From an uncultured Methanosarcinales archaeon (GTDB taxonomy: Archaea > Nanobdellota > Nanobdellia > Woesearchaeales > CAZOXR01), in the NCBI GenBank assembly GCA_964566535.1, contig CAZMIO010000001.1, positions 62,001-126,000 on the forward strand: a stretch of 64,000 bases of DNA, in the 5' to 3' direction. Of this stretch, positions 30,455 through 39,720 are shown in pieces (position 1 is the first letter of the stretch; the number at the start of each line of letters is the position of its first letter). Both the position numbers and the translations under genes were made by a program. The notes below the pieces were generated by a model. The model worked only from the letters and a program-made list of their open reading frames with translations, did no database searches and was not told the origin of the DNA.

Positions 30455-30545
30455 GGTAATTAGGGGTTTTTGATGGTTTAATAAGTTAACTGATTTTTAT
30501 ACTATTTCCGCAATCTTTTTATTCTATTGAGTAAATTTAGTTAAT

Positions 30546-30890
30546 ATGGCATACAAACAAGTGATATTGGTGAGGCAGGATTTGAAATTGCCTAAGGGGA
30601 AGATGTCGGTTCAGGTGGCTCATGCTTCTGTTGGTTCTTTGGTTAAGTCGCACAAAGATGATGTTTCTAGCTGGAAGAAGGAAGGGATGAAGAAGGTTGC
30701 TCTTAAGGTTAAAGATTTAGCTGAATTGATGAAGTTTAAGGAAGATGCCGAAGATGCTGGTTTAGTTGTTTCTTTAATTGAAGATGCTGGCAAAACGGTT
30801 GTTGAGCCAGGTACAGTAACTTGTTTAGGTATTGGTCCTGATAAGGAAGAGAAGATAGATAAGGTTACTGGCAAATTGAAGATGGTGTAA
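30546..30890 (+). CDS. pth2: Peptidyl-tRNA hydrolase Pth2
   Basis: KQVILVRQDL, GKMSVQVAHA, DAGKT, TCLGIGP. Confidence 0.96.
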   Translation: MAYKQVILVRQDLKLPKGKMSVQVAHASVGSLVKSHKDDVSSWKKEGMKKVALKVKDLAELMKFKEDAEDAGLVVSLIEDAGKTVVEPGTVTCLGIGPDKEEKIDKVTGKLKMV

Positions 30891-30934
30891 TTCCATAAGA
30901 TTAATAAATGGACTTTAATTCTATTGTTTCTAAT

Positions 30935-31055
30935 GGGCTCGTGGCTCAACCTGGTAGAGCACAAGACTCTTAGTGAACTTTAAGTTCAATAGAAATCTTG
31001 CTGTTGCGGGTTCGAACTGCTGGTTACTATCAGTGCGAAAGTCCCGTCGAGCCCA
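30935..31055 (+). tRNA. tRNA-Lys(CTT) with two introns (37/38 and T-loop)
   Basis: Acceptor stem GGGCTCG/CGAGCCC; CAAGA-CT-CTT-A..A-TCTTG; inserts at 30973-30994 and ~31017-31041; removing them leaves a 74-nt cloverleaf. Confidence 0.88.
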
Positions 31056-31113
31056 TTTTACTTATTTCCTATAAGACAAAGGTTTATAAGCCGTGCTTTT
31101 TTCTATTTTTTAT

Positions 31114-32448
31114 ATGAAAGAGAATAAAGTGGATGGTTTTATCAAGAATCCTAAGAAGGCTTTGTTTAAGCTGAGTATCCCTATAATAATTGGGATGATG
31201 GTTCAAGTACTGTATAATGTAGTTGATACTGCTTTTGTTGGTAGGTTAGGTGCAGAAGCTATTGCTGCTTTGACTTTTTCGTTTCCTTTGTTTTTTCTTT
31301 TGATTGCTTTGAATGCTGGTGTTGCGGCTGGGATGAGCTCAAGAATTTCTCGTTATTTAGGTGAGAAGAAGAAGGAAGCTGCTGAGAATACTGCGATGCA
31401 TGGTTTGTTAATCACTGTTATATTAGCTGTTTTTGTTTTTGTTTTTGGGTTGATGATTTTGAGGCCTTTCTTTTTGTTGTTGGGTGCTGAAGGTAATGTT
31501 TTAGAGCTTGCTGTACAGTATATGACTGTAATTTTGTTTGGAGTATTTTTTATGTTTCCCTCTTTTGTGTTTAATTCAATTTTTGCTGCTCAAGGAGATA
31601 CTAAGACTCCTATGAGAGTTCAAATACTTGCTTTAGTGTTGAATATGGTATTGGATTATGTGTTCATATTTATTTTAGGTTATGGTGTTGCAGGGGCTGC
31701 ATTGGCCACCTCTATTTCATTTGTAGTTGCCTTATTAGTTTATCTGCATTATATTGGGCATAGGTCTTATTTGAAGTTAGAGATGAGTGTGTATAGATTT
31801 TCCCTAGGTATTGTAAAGCAGATAGTTAAGGTTGGTGCTCCTGCTACAATTATGACTTTGTTGTTGTCTGTTTATATGATGTTTATCAACAGATTTATGG
31901 CTCATTTTGGGGTTAATTATGTTGCGGCTTTTGGTATTGCTTCTAGATTAGAAACTGTTGTTGTAATGCCCATGTTAGGTTTTAATATGGCCCTTATGAC
32001 CCTGGTTGGGATGTTTTATGGTGCTAAAAGATTTGATCTTATGAAGGATATCATCTATTATGCGATGAAAATAGCTTTATTGTTTACAGTTGGCATTGGA
32101 ATTGTATTTTATGTTTTACCTTCTATGTTTTTGAGTGTTTTTACTAACGATGCTTTGCTTATTAGTTTAGGTGCTGCTTATTTACGAATAGATGTTTTTG
32201 CTTACCCTCTTATGGCAGTTGGGATGATGATCTCTCGTGCAATGCAGGGAATGGGTGATGGATTGCCAGGATTAGTCATTAATTTAGTTAGGATAGTAGT
32301 TGTTGCAATCCCACTTGCTTACATATTTGTGTTTGTGTTAGGTTTTGGTTATCTATCAATTGCAGTTGCGATGATTATAGGCGGATTTACTGCTTCATCA
32401 ATAGCTTGGGTTTGGTTAAGAATTAGGTTGAAGAAGATGTTGGGTTAG
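31114..32448 (+). CDS. MATE family efflux transporter
   Basis: LYNVVDTAFVGRLG, GDTKTPM, LGYGVAGAALAT; ~12 TM helices. Confidence 0.93.
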   Translation: MKENKVDGFIKNPKKALFKLSIPIIIGMMVQVLYNVVDTAFVGRLGAEAIAALTFSFPLFFLLIALNAGVAAGMSSRISRYLGEKKKEAAENTAMHGLLITVILAVFVFVFGLMILRPFFLLLGAEGNVLELAVQYMTVILFGVFFMFPSFVFNSIFAAQGDTKTPMRVQILALVLNMVLDYVFIFILGYGVAGAALATSISFVVALLVYLHYIGHRSYLKLEMSVYRFSLGIVKQIVKVGAPATIMTLLLSVYMMFINRFMAHFGVNYVAAFGIASRLETVVVMPMLGFNMALMTLVGMFYGAKRFDLMKDIIYYAMKIALLFTVGIGIVFYVLPSMFLSVFTNDALLISLGAAYLRIDVFAYPLMAVGMMISRAMQGMGDGLPGLVINLVRIVVVAIPLAYIFVFVLGFGYLSIAVAMIIGGFTASSIAWVWLRIRLKKMLG

Positions 32449-32853
32449 TTATTGTTGAAGTTCTTTTTGTGCTTGGAGTAGTGCTGCTAGGTCTAGTCTT
32501 TTTGAATCCGTTGGGGATGCCGTTCTATAATCTAATCCTAATGCAGAATAACATGTTTCTGCATGTTTTATTTCAGTTAATATCTCGTCTGCTCTTGTTA
32601 AAACTTCATCTTGAAGAGGATGTTCGGATGGAGAATATCCTCTGAGTGTCTTATCAAAGGCACCATCAGATATCTCTAAAGTCTCTTTAGGAAGACCATA
32701 TCTTGATATATAATACCATCTAATTGTATTTTCAACAGCAGCATCAGACATTCCTAAAACATCTTCGAAAGTATCTGATAAAGTTCCACTTTGATCAAGT
32801 TGTTGTGATGCTCTCCTTGTGTGTCTTCTTAATGAACTTCCTAGAGGTCCCAT
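32449..32853 (-). CDS. Hypothetical protein
   Basis: 134-aa ORF with TATA box ~25 nt upstream. Confidence 0.55.
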   Translation of the reverse strand: MGPLGSSLRRHTRRASQQLDQSGTLSDTFEDVLGMSDAAVENTIRWYYISRYGLPKETLEISDGAFDKTLRGYSPSEHPLQDEVLTRADEILTEIKHAETCYSALGLDYRTASPTDSKRLDLAALLQAQKELQQ

Positions 32854-32913
32854 AAGAAATTGGAGTTGAATAATGTATATAAATGTTTGTTTGAGTATAG
32901 TTTAAGAAGTTAG

Positions 32914-33252
32914 CTACTCTCTTTGTTTTACTTTGAATTCTTCTTTGGTTTTAATTAGTTCTTCTGTTTCTAACTTTAGAATGTTGGGTTTAATGGAAGG
33001 TAGTTCTAATTGTGGTGGATTAGAATCTTTGTTGATGAATTCTAAGCTGACGTCTACTGTTTGTTTCTTTGTTTCTAAAGTTTGGATAGGAACGTCTTTT
33101 AGAAAATTCTCTACTTTTGAAATACTTAAATCATGAATTTGTTTGATTGAATCTATTATTCCCACGTTGTTGTTGATGTCTTCCTTAAATGGAGACCCTT
33201 TTTCAAATAGTTTCTTGATATCTTCTTTTGTTTGTATTGCTGGATGAATCAT
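32914..33252 (-). CDS. Hypothetical protein
   Basis: 112-aa ORF with TATA box upstream. Confidence 0.55.
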   Translation of the reverse strand: MIHPAIQTKEDIKKLFEKGSPFKEDINNNVGIIDSIKQIHDLSISKVENFLKDVPIQTLETKKQTVDVSLEFINKDSNPPQLELPSIKPNILKLETEELIKTKEEFKVKQRE

Positions 33253-33284
33253 AGAAATCTTGAATGAATGGTAGTATATAAATG

Positions 33285-34265
33285 TTACCTAGGAGCTTTA
33301 AGATAATTCCATTGAGTTGGCATTCTTCCTTGAGGGTTGACTTCTAAAGGGTGAGGTGTCCAAGAACCAGCATGATGTATTTTAGTTCCTTGCGTTAATC
33401 TTGCAACAATATCTCCGGATCTATCCATGACATAAATATCATTACCGCCAATTCCGTCCATATTTGATGTGAATGCAATATATTCTCCATCTGGTGACCA
33501 AAATGGTTGGTATTGTTTTATATTTGAAACTGTCAGAATATCTAATTTAGTGCCCCTGGGAGTCATGGTAACGATGTCTTCCCCCAACAATATTATTGAT
33601 TGGTAAGCAATTAAATCTCCTGTAGGGGACCATGCTGGAAATCTATCGGCATCTGTAAGCCTTTCGCTTATTAACTCAACATTAGATCCATTTGAGTCCA
33701 TAACATAAATGGCAGGTAACGTCGACCAGTCTCTTCCGATTGATGTAAATGCTATTCTTTGTGAATCGGGTGGCCAAGTTGGATAATAATCTAAACCTGA
33801 TTGGAAATTAGTTAGATTTCTTCTATTTGATCCATCAGCACCCATTACCCACACATCAACATTCCCTCCCTCACTAGATTCGTAAGCAATCCTAGTTCCG
33901 TCAGGAGACCAATCAGGGCTGTAATTGCTGGACTGATTATTTGTTAGATTTACTTGGCTAGATCCGTCAGAATCCATTACATATATATCTCTATCCAAAT
34001 GATTTCCACTCCTATTTGAAGCGAAAACAATCTGTTGTCCGTCTGGAGAGAATGAAGGGTGCCAGTCATTTGCTGGATGGTTAGAAACATTTGTTTTTTT
34101 AGTTCCATCTGCGTTCATAGTAAAGATTTCATCATTCCCATTCTCGCTTCTAGAATATGCTATCCTTCCTTCTAAGCCCCTGGCAGCAGCAGAAGTTGCT
34201 AGTGCTAGAGCGCCAACTGCTAAAGTAATATAGGTTGCTGTCTTTAATCTTTGTATTAAGTTCAA
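33285..34265 (-). CDS. Secreted TolB-like (PD40) beta-propeller protein
   Basis: Signal peptide; repeats PSFSPDG, PDWSPDG, PAWSPTG, PFWSPDG and IYVMDSDGS. Confidence 0.9.
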   Translation of the reverse strand: MNLIQRLKTATYITLAVGALALATSAAARGLEGRIAYSRSENGNDEIFTMNADGTKKTNVSNHPANDWHPSFSPDGQQIVFASNRSGNHLDRDIYVMDSDGSSQVNLTNNQSSNYSPDWSPDGTRIAYESSEGGNVDVWVMGADGSNRRNLTNFQSGLDYYPTWPPDSQRIAFTSIGRDWSTLPAIYVMDSNGSNVELISERLTDADRFPAWSPTGDLIAYQSIILLGEDIVTMTPRGTKLDILTVSNIKQYQPFWSPDGEYIAFTSNMDGIGGNDIYVMDRSGDIVARLTQGTKIHHAGSWTPHPLEVNPQGRMPTQWNYLKAPR

Positions 34266-34348
34266 TCTAAGTGTAGGTAATGTTAGAATCTTTATAAATA
34301 TTATTCAATATCAAAACTCTTTTAAATCATTATGAAATTTGGTATCTT

Positions 34349-34783
34349 ATGATTGAGTTTAACGAAGACGGGAGTTTGAAGCTTCCTGAGAGGTTGGAAG
34401 AGAAGAAGAAAAAAGAAGAATTTAGGATGCAGAAGGGGAGGTGTGTGCATATTAGGAAAGAACAGGTGAGTTTTGATTCACCTAAGAAATGTGTTCTTCA
34501 CTTGAAGTTATCTGAGGCCATTATAGATAATAGATTTGTTGATACGACTTACAAATACTTTAGTTCTGATTCAGAGGTTCCTTCTAAGATAATTAAGATT
34601 AATGAGAAAGAGTTTGACATTGAGATTGGCACTTGTTTTAGGAGATGTACTGATTGTTGTGATCTTATTAGAAGGTTTAGGGAGTTTTTGGATGGTAATG
34701 TGATTGAGGAGAAGGGCAGTTGCACTTTTGAGGCTAGGGCTTTTGGTAATCCAGATTTCTGTTATGAGGATATGTTTGAGTAA
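34349..34783 (+). CDS. Hypothetical protein (Cys-containing)
   Basis: 144-aa ORF with strong host-like codon bias. Confidence 0.7.
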   Translation: MIEFNEDGSLKLPERLEEKKKKEEFRMQKGRCVHIRKEQVSFDSPKKCVLHLKLSEAIIDNRFVDTTYKYFSSDSEVPSKIIKINEKEFDIEIGTCFRRCTDCCDLIRRFREFLDGNVIEEKGSCTFEARAFGNPDFCYEDMFE

Positions 34784-35014
34784 TTAACTTTTAGAAGAAA
34801 GTCCTGCAAATATTAGGGAATAAATAATTATTAACATTAATCCAAATGTGTCAGCAACACTTGGAGCTAGGTGATTGATGAATGTATAAATAAAGGATGG
34901 GAACTCTTTAATTGATCCAAGAATAATATCCATTGATATTCCCACGATAAAAAATACCATAAGACCGAATGTGAATAAATTTCTGTATTCTTTTGACATG
35001 TGTAGTATAATCAT
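34784..35014 (-). CDS. Small hypothetical membrane protein
   Basis: Two hydrophobic helices. Confidence 0.5.
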   Translation of the reverse strand: MIILHMSKEYRNLFTFGLMVFFIVGISMDIILGSIKEFPSFIYTFINHLAPSVADTFGLMLIIIYSLIFAGLSSKS

Positions 35015-35082
35015 TAACTTTATTATAAATTTTTTGGATTATTGAGTAAAGTATTTAATAGTGTAGATTTCTTTAGTTGTTT

Positions 35083-35994
35083 ATGGAATTTCCTAAATTG
35101 AAGTCGAAAGCGATATTAGCTCCGATGGCTGGAGTTACTGATGTTGCTTTTAGGGTTTTGGCTCGGAAATATGGTGCTTCGTTAACATATACTGAGTTTG
35201 CTAGTTCTGCTGCTATTGTTAGGGATGTTACTAAGACTTTTGAGATGATTAAGGTAGATAAGTCTGAGAAGCCAGTTGGAGTTCAGTTGTTTGGTGGTTC
35301 GCCTGATGAGATTGTAACTGCTGCTAAGAAGGTTGAAAGTAAATTTGATATTATTGATATTAATTGTGGGTGTCCTGTTTGGAAGGTTGTAAGAACAGGT
35401 GCTGGGAGTAAGCTGATGGATGAGCCTAAAAAAATTAAGTTATTGGTTGAGAAGTTAGTTAAGAAGATTAGTAAACCGATAACTGTAAAGCTTCGGACTG
35501 GTGCTGATAAGAAACATATTAATGTTGTAAAGGTTGCTAAATTGGTTGAGAAGGCTGGGGCTTCAGCTGTTGCTGTTCATGGTAGGACTGCTAAGCAAGG
35601 TTATAGTGGGGAGGCTGATTGGAAGATTATTAAGAAGGTTAAGGATTCAGTTAACATTCCAGTTATTGGTAATGGTGATGTTTTTTCAGCTGAAGATTTT
35701 AAGTTGAGGTTGGAGGAAAGTGGGGTTGATGCGATAATGATTGGTAGAGGTGCGATTGGAAATCCTTATTTATTTACACAGATAAATGAGTATATGCAGA
35801 ATGGTTCTTATTCTGAACTTAGTAAGAACGAACAGTTTTTTGAATATTTGAAATTGGCTAAGAAATTTAAGATTGATTTTAAGAAGATTAAAGGGCATGC
35901 AATGAAGTTTAGCAGAGGAATAGAGGGTGGTGCTAAGATTAGGGTTAAGGTTGATAAGGTTAAGAGTTTGAATGAATTAAAGAAGTTGTTTTAG
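35083..35994 (+). CDS. dusB: tRNA-dihydrouridine synthase (DusB-like)
   Basis: LAPMAGVTD, IDINCGCP, VHGRT, GNGDV, MIGRGAIGNP. Confidence 0.93.
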   Translation: MEFPKLKSKAILAPMAGVTDVAFRVLARKYGASLTYTEFASSAAIVRDVTKTFEMIKVDKSEKPVGVQLFGGSPDEIVTAAKKVESKFDIIDINCGCPVWKVVRTGAGSKLMDEPKKIKLLVEKLVKKISKPITVKLRTGADKKHINVVKVAKLVEKAGASAVAVHGRTAKQGYSGEADWKIIKKVKDSVNIPVIGNGDVFSAEDFKLRLEESGVDAIMIGRGAIGNPYLFTQINEYMQNGSYSELSKNEQFFEYLKLAKKFKIDFKKIKGHAMKFSRGIEGGAKIRVKVDKVKSLNELKKLF

Positions 35995-35995
35995 G

Positions 35996-36856
35996 TTATC
36001 TTTTACCAGTATAGGACCATTTTTGATAACCAGGTAATCCTGCTCTAATATCGGGGCCAATATGTAATCTATTAAAATTAAACCCTCCTACTCCTTCAAA
36101 CATTGGCTCGCCTTGCTCATATAGAAAACCAACTTTTGGATCTGATGTGTAACCATCAATCCCAGTAACCCATATACCGTTAACAGCTACTGGTCCATCC
36201 GAGGTTTTACCGAACTGATTGAGAACTGTTAATCCTAAATCAATGTCTCCTCGTTCTGACAATGAAATCATAATATCAAGTCCTGTTACAACTCCATCTT
36301 GAAACATATCTGACCTAAAATTGTGGGGTTTGACTTCAACGTCTCTATATTCGCGTACTATTCTATCTTCTACATCAGGATTACTATTTGGAAAATCAAT
36401 CCGGACATCAGGAACAACTAATCCATGTTCGTTTCTTCTTGTAACTTCAGCTCTGAAAGCAGAATAGATTTCTTCAAGCTTCTCAGGATCCATCTGGAAA
36501 AAAACTAACTTCATATTATCTCGATAAGGAAATGTATCCATCTTATGAACAGGTAATTCAGTTCTTCTACCTCCTCCTCCAAACATAAAAGAATACCACC
36601 AATTTGGTTGTCCATTATAAGAATCAACAACGTGAGTTTCTAGTTTAGGATCCCAATGTGATTCAACATCACCTAACCCTCTCATAACGTCATATACACT
36701 AAAATAACCGGGTTTGAAAATATCTTCTCTAACTGCTTCAATACCTTCTGTGGGATTAAGAATTGTAGAAGTTTCGTCATCAGTAGTTATCTCAACTACT
36801 CCCCTAATACCTTTTGGCCTTGTATCTCCAGGGTTTAGTTGAAGTCTTAATGACAT
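35996..36856 (-). CDS. Hypothetical protein with internal duplication
   Basis: REDIFKPGYFSVYDVM and RSDMFQDGVVTGLDIM repeats. Confidence 0.65.
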   Translation of the reverse strand: MSLRLQLNPGDTRPKGIRGVVEITTDDETSTILNPTEGIEAVREDIFKPGYFSVYDVMRGLGDVESHWDPKLETHVVDSYNGQPNWWYSFMFGGGGRRTELPVHKMDTFPYRDNMKLVFFQMDPEKLEEIYSAFRAEVTRRNEHGLVVPDVRIDFPNSNPDVEDRIVREYRDVEVKPHNFRSDMFQDGVVTGLDIMISLSERGDIDLGLTVLNQFGKTSDGPVAVNGIWVTGIDGYTSDPKVGFLYEQGEPMFEGVGGFNFNRLHIGPDIRAGLPGYQKWSYTGKR

Positions 36857-36907
36857 AATTAAGAAGAATATAGATTGTTATTTAAATTTTGTTAAAAAAG
36901 AAAAAAA

Positions 36908-38002
36908 TTACTTAACAAACATCCCAATTATCTTTGCAATGATGTTTGCGAAGAATCCAGGCTCTTTTCCACCTGCGGCTGATGTTGATTCTATCTTGTC
37001 AAGTTTTTTGTTTACTGTGTAGGATACTTCTTTTGTTTGTCCTTTTGGTACGTGATCGAAGTTCCACTTGACGACTGGGTCATTTACTAAGATTTCTGGT
37101 TGTTCTGAGAAAATTAGTTTGTCTGCTGATTCAGCAGTTGTTTTTGGGATGTTTTCAATTAAGTCTATTCTGTTTAGGCTTTTTTCGTGTGTAATTCCTA
37201 CAATAGTCTTTGATTGGTGGGCTGATTTTAGACCATCTTTTGTGCTTATTTTGTAAACTATCAGTTCTTTTTTGATATCTGGAGTCTTTGATTTTCTTAT
37301 TTCTTCTAGAGTTTCTTTTGCTTTTTGGTTGTCGATTTCAGTGATTAATTGGTCAACTAGGCTGTCTTGAGGAGACTCTTTTCTATCTACTTCTTCAATG
37401 TTGTAGTTTTTGTTTTTGATGTCTTCTTCTGTAAGCCCTAGCTCGTCTGCAATGCCCCTTATCTCTTCGTTAGATAGTTCTCTTGGAACTGGTTTAACCT
37501 GTCTGTTAGTGATGAGGTCTACTACTTCTGATGCTCCGTCATCGCTAATTAAGCCTGAAAGTATACCTACAATTGCTCCTGAGAATCCTGCAGAAGTAAC
37601 TTTGAAATTAAATTGTTTATTTTCTTCTTTTGATTCTAGATTGGCGTTAGAGTATTTGAAAGTGGTACTCACTTTGTGAGTGCCTCCAGGAAGGACTGAT
37701 GGAAGATGTACTGTTCTAGATTTTACTTCTGATTCTGGGTTTCTTTCATCTCGCTCAAAGGATTTTAGTTCTTCTTCAATTATTTGACGGATGATTTCAT
37801 TCTTTGATTCTGCAGTTACGCTTTCTATGTATGTGTTTGGTGCGATTGTTGTGTCTATTTTTAACTCACTATTTGGAGTTATTTCAATTTCTTCAGAAAT
37901 ATCGTTTCCGTTTATTTTAACTGAAATATCTTGTGCAGATACTAAAGATATTAGTAACGCGAATATTGCTAAGTATGTTATTATCTTTCTCAATATAAAC
38001 AC
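36908..38002 (-). CDS. Secreted/membrane-anchored hypothetical protein
   Basis: Signal peptide LLISLVSA; IENIPK...DPVVKWNF; C-terminal amphipathic tail. Confidence 0.7.
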   Translation of the reverse strand: MFILRKIITYLAIFALLISLVSAQDISVKINGNDISEEIEITPNSELKIDTTIAPNTYIESVTAESKNEIIRQIIEEELKSFERDERNPESEVKSRTVHLPSVLPGGTHKVSTTFKYSNANLESKEENKQFNFKVTSAGFSGAIVGILSGLISDDGASEVVDLITNRQVKPVPRELSNEEIRGIADELGLTEEDIKNKNYNIEEVDRKESPQDSLVDQLITEIDNQKAKETLEEIRKSKTPDIKKELIVYKISTKDGLKSAHQSKTIVGITHEKSLNRIDLIENIPKTTAESADKLIFSEQPEILVNDPVVKWNFDHVPKGQTKEVSYTVNKKLDKIESTSAAGGKEPGFFANIIAKIIGMFVK

Positions 38003-38067
38003 CCCCTGTTTAATGTTTAGTTAGTTTGATTGATAGTATATAAAGATTGCTATGCTGTGAATAGAAA

Positions 38068-38850
38068 TTATTTTTTTAAGATTATTATCGGAACATCTTT
38101 TTTATAAAGGTCATTTCCAGAAGTTATTTTCTCTATTGTGAAGTGTTTTTTAAGTTTTTTTAGAAATTTTCCCTTGAGTGGTATATTCATTTTAAAGTCA
38201 CCCATTACCCCCCATCTTTTTTTGTATTCTGTGAATTCATATTTAGTTATTATGTGCTTTTTGTACGATTCAGTTAGTTTATTTAAACTGGTGTTACTGT
38301 TCATGGTGTCTTCTTTAAAATCATAATCTGCAAGAACAACTTCATTCCAAACAGCTGAAAATGGGTTTAGGTGTGAAAGATTTTTTCTGTATTTACTGAA
38401 TATTTGTTCATGAGTTAGGATATTGTTATTTTCTCTTAAGGGGACCTTTAATATTAGCCTTCCATTTGGATTTAGATGGTTTTTTATGTTTTTGAATATT
38501 TCATCGTGGTCTTTTACTGGTGTTACTGTTGTTGCAAGGTCACCGATGAAAACATCAAATGTTTCTTTGAATTTCATGTCTCTCCAATCACTTTCAATTA
38601 GGTTCTTCGTTGAGTCTTTATGAATTAGGAATTGTTGTAATTCTAGAAAGTTTTCTTTTTCATATTCAATGCACTTGTATTTCACATTATTTGATTTGCA
38701 TAAATATCTAAATTCTACGGTTGTTAGCATTGTTACTACAAAATAAAAAGAGTCTACGATTGATAAGTCCATAAATGATGAGAAGATGACTACTCCTACT
38801 ATTGTGATGGATGTGATTCCTATAGTAACTTTTTTTTCAAGTTCGTTCAT
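38068..38850 (-). CDS. Chimeric ORF: K+-channel N-terminal fragment fused to a methyltransferase-like domain lacking motif I
   Basis: VDSFYFVVTMLTTV (pore helix without GYG) runs into EFRYLC...DWRDM...FDVFIGD...LNPNGRLI. Confidence 0.6.
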   Translation of the reverse strand: MNELEKKVTIGITSITIVGVVIFSSFMDLSIVDSFYFVVTMLTTVEFRYLCKSNNVKYKCIEYEKENFLELQQFLIHKDSTKNLIESDWRDMKFKETFDVFIGDLATTVTPVKDHDEIFKNIKNHLNPNGRLILKVPLRENNNILTHEQIFSKYRKNLSHLNPFSAVWNEVVLADYDFKEDTMNSNTSLNKLTESYKKHIITKYEFTEYKKRWGVMGDFKMNIPLKGKFLKKLKKHFTIEKITSGNDLYKKDVPIIILKK

Positions 38851-38957
38851 AAGAAATGGGGATGTAAATTGCTATATAAATACTACTATTCGGGAGTGGT
38901 TTGGATTAGAAATGCAAATTATTATTTAACTTCAGCTAGATTATCTGGATGTAATCT

Positions 38958-39617
38958 TTAATTATTGGCAAACAAATCCTGCAAAGATTCGTAAGCTTTA
39001 ACTGAATCTTTTTGTCTTAGGATTAAGGTTAGTTCTGTTTGTGTTGAGACTATTTCGAAGATATTTATATTTTCCCAGGCTAGTTTTCTGATTATTGTGA
39101 AGATAACTCCTGGAGTGTGTAGGAAATCGCCTCCTTTGAAGTTTATGCTTAATGCTGTTAAACCAGGTTCTTTTGCTAAGATCTTCTCTCCTTTTATTAA
39201 TTTCAGAAGCTTTTCTTTGTATTTCTCGCTTATGATTATGCTAACTTCATAATTACCCAGGATAGTGTTAAGGATATCTCCTTTCTCGAAATCAACTAAA
39301 TTATATATTAATTTGAGTTTGTTAAGTAGATCTTTTGATTTTTGAACAGTTATATCACAGATATTTGTTTTCATAACTAATTCAGCATTATAGTTAAAGT
39401 TTTTAACTCCTTGATTGTCTTTCTCTAATTCATCTGCATAACGCCTTAATGCCATTACTATGGCTGAATGTTTTATCTTTTTCTCTAATTCATGCTCTAT
39501 TTTTCCTTGTATTTGTTCTGCTAGGTTCCCATAACTGATAAGTTTCTGGGATAGAGCTTCTTGTAGAAAAGGCTTGTCTTTTACAATTTTCTTCACTAAG
39601 TGGCTTATTGTTACCAT
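38958..39617 (-). CDS. ACT-domain protein with N-terminal helical/HTH-like region, putative amino-acid-responsive regulator
   Basis: PFLQEAL...LAEQI...AIVMALRRY; ACT motif TPGVI...LAWENINIFEIVSTQTE; divergent from dapB. Confidence 0.75.
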   Translation of the reverse strand: MVTISHLVKKIVKDKPFLQEALSQKLISYGNLAEQIQGKIEHELEKKIKHSAIVMALRRYADELEKDNQGVKNFNYNAELVMKTNICDITVQKSKDLLNKLKLIYNLVDFEKGDILNTILGNYEVSIIISEKYKEKLLKLIKGEKILAKEPGLTALSINFKGGDFLHTPGVIFTIIRKLAWENINIFEIVSTQTELTLILRQKDSVKAYESLQDLFANN

Positions 39618-39720
39618 AAAACTCCTTGTTAGTATAATAACAGAATGTTTATATAATATATAAATGTTGTGATTTGTAATTAGAAATGTTTTTAAAGAGA
39701 TTGAGGTTATTTATAGTAAA

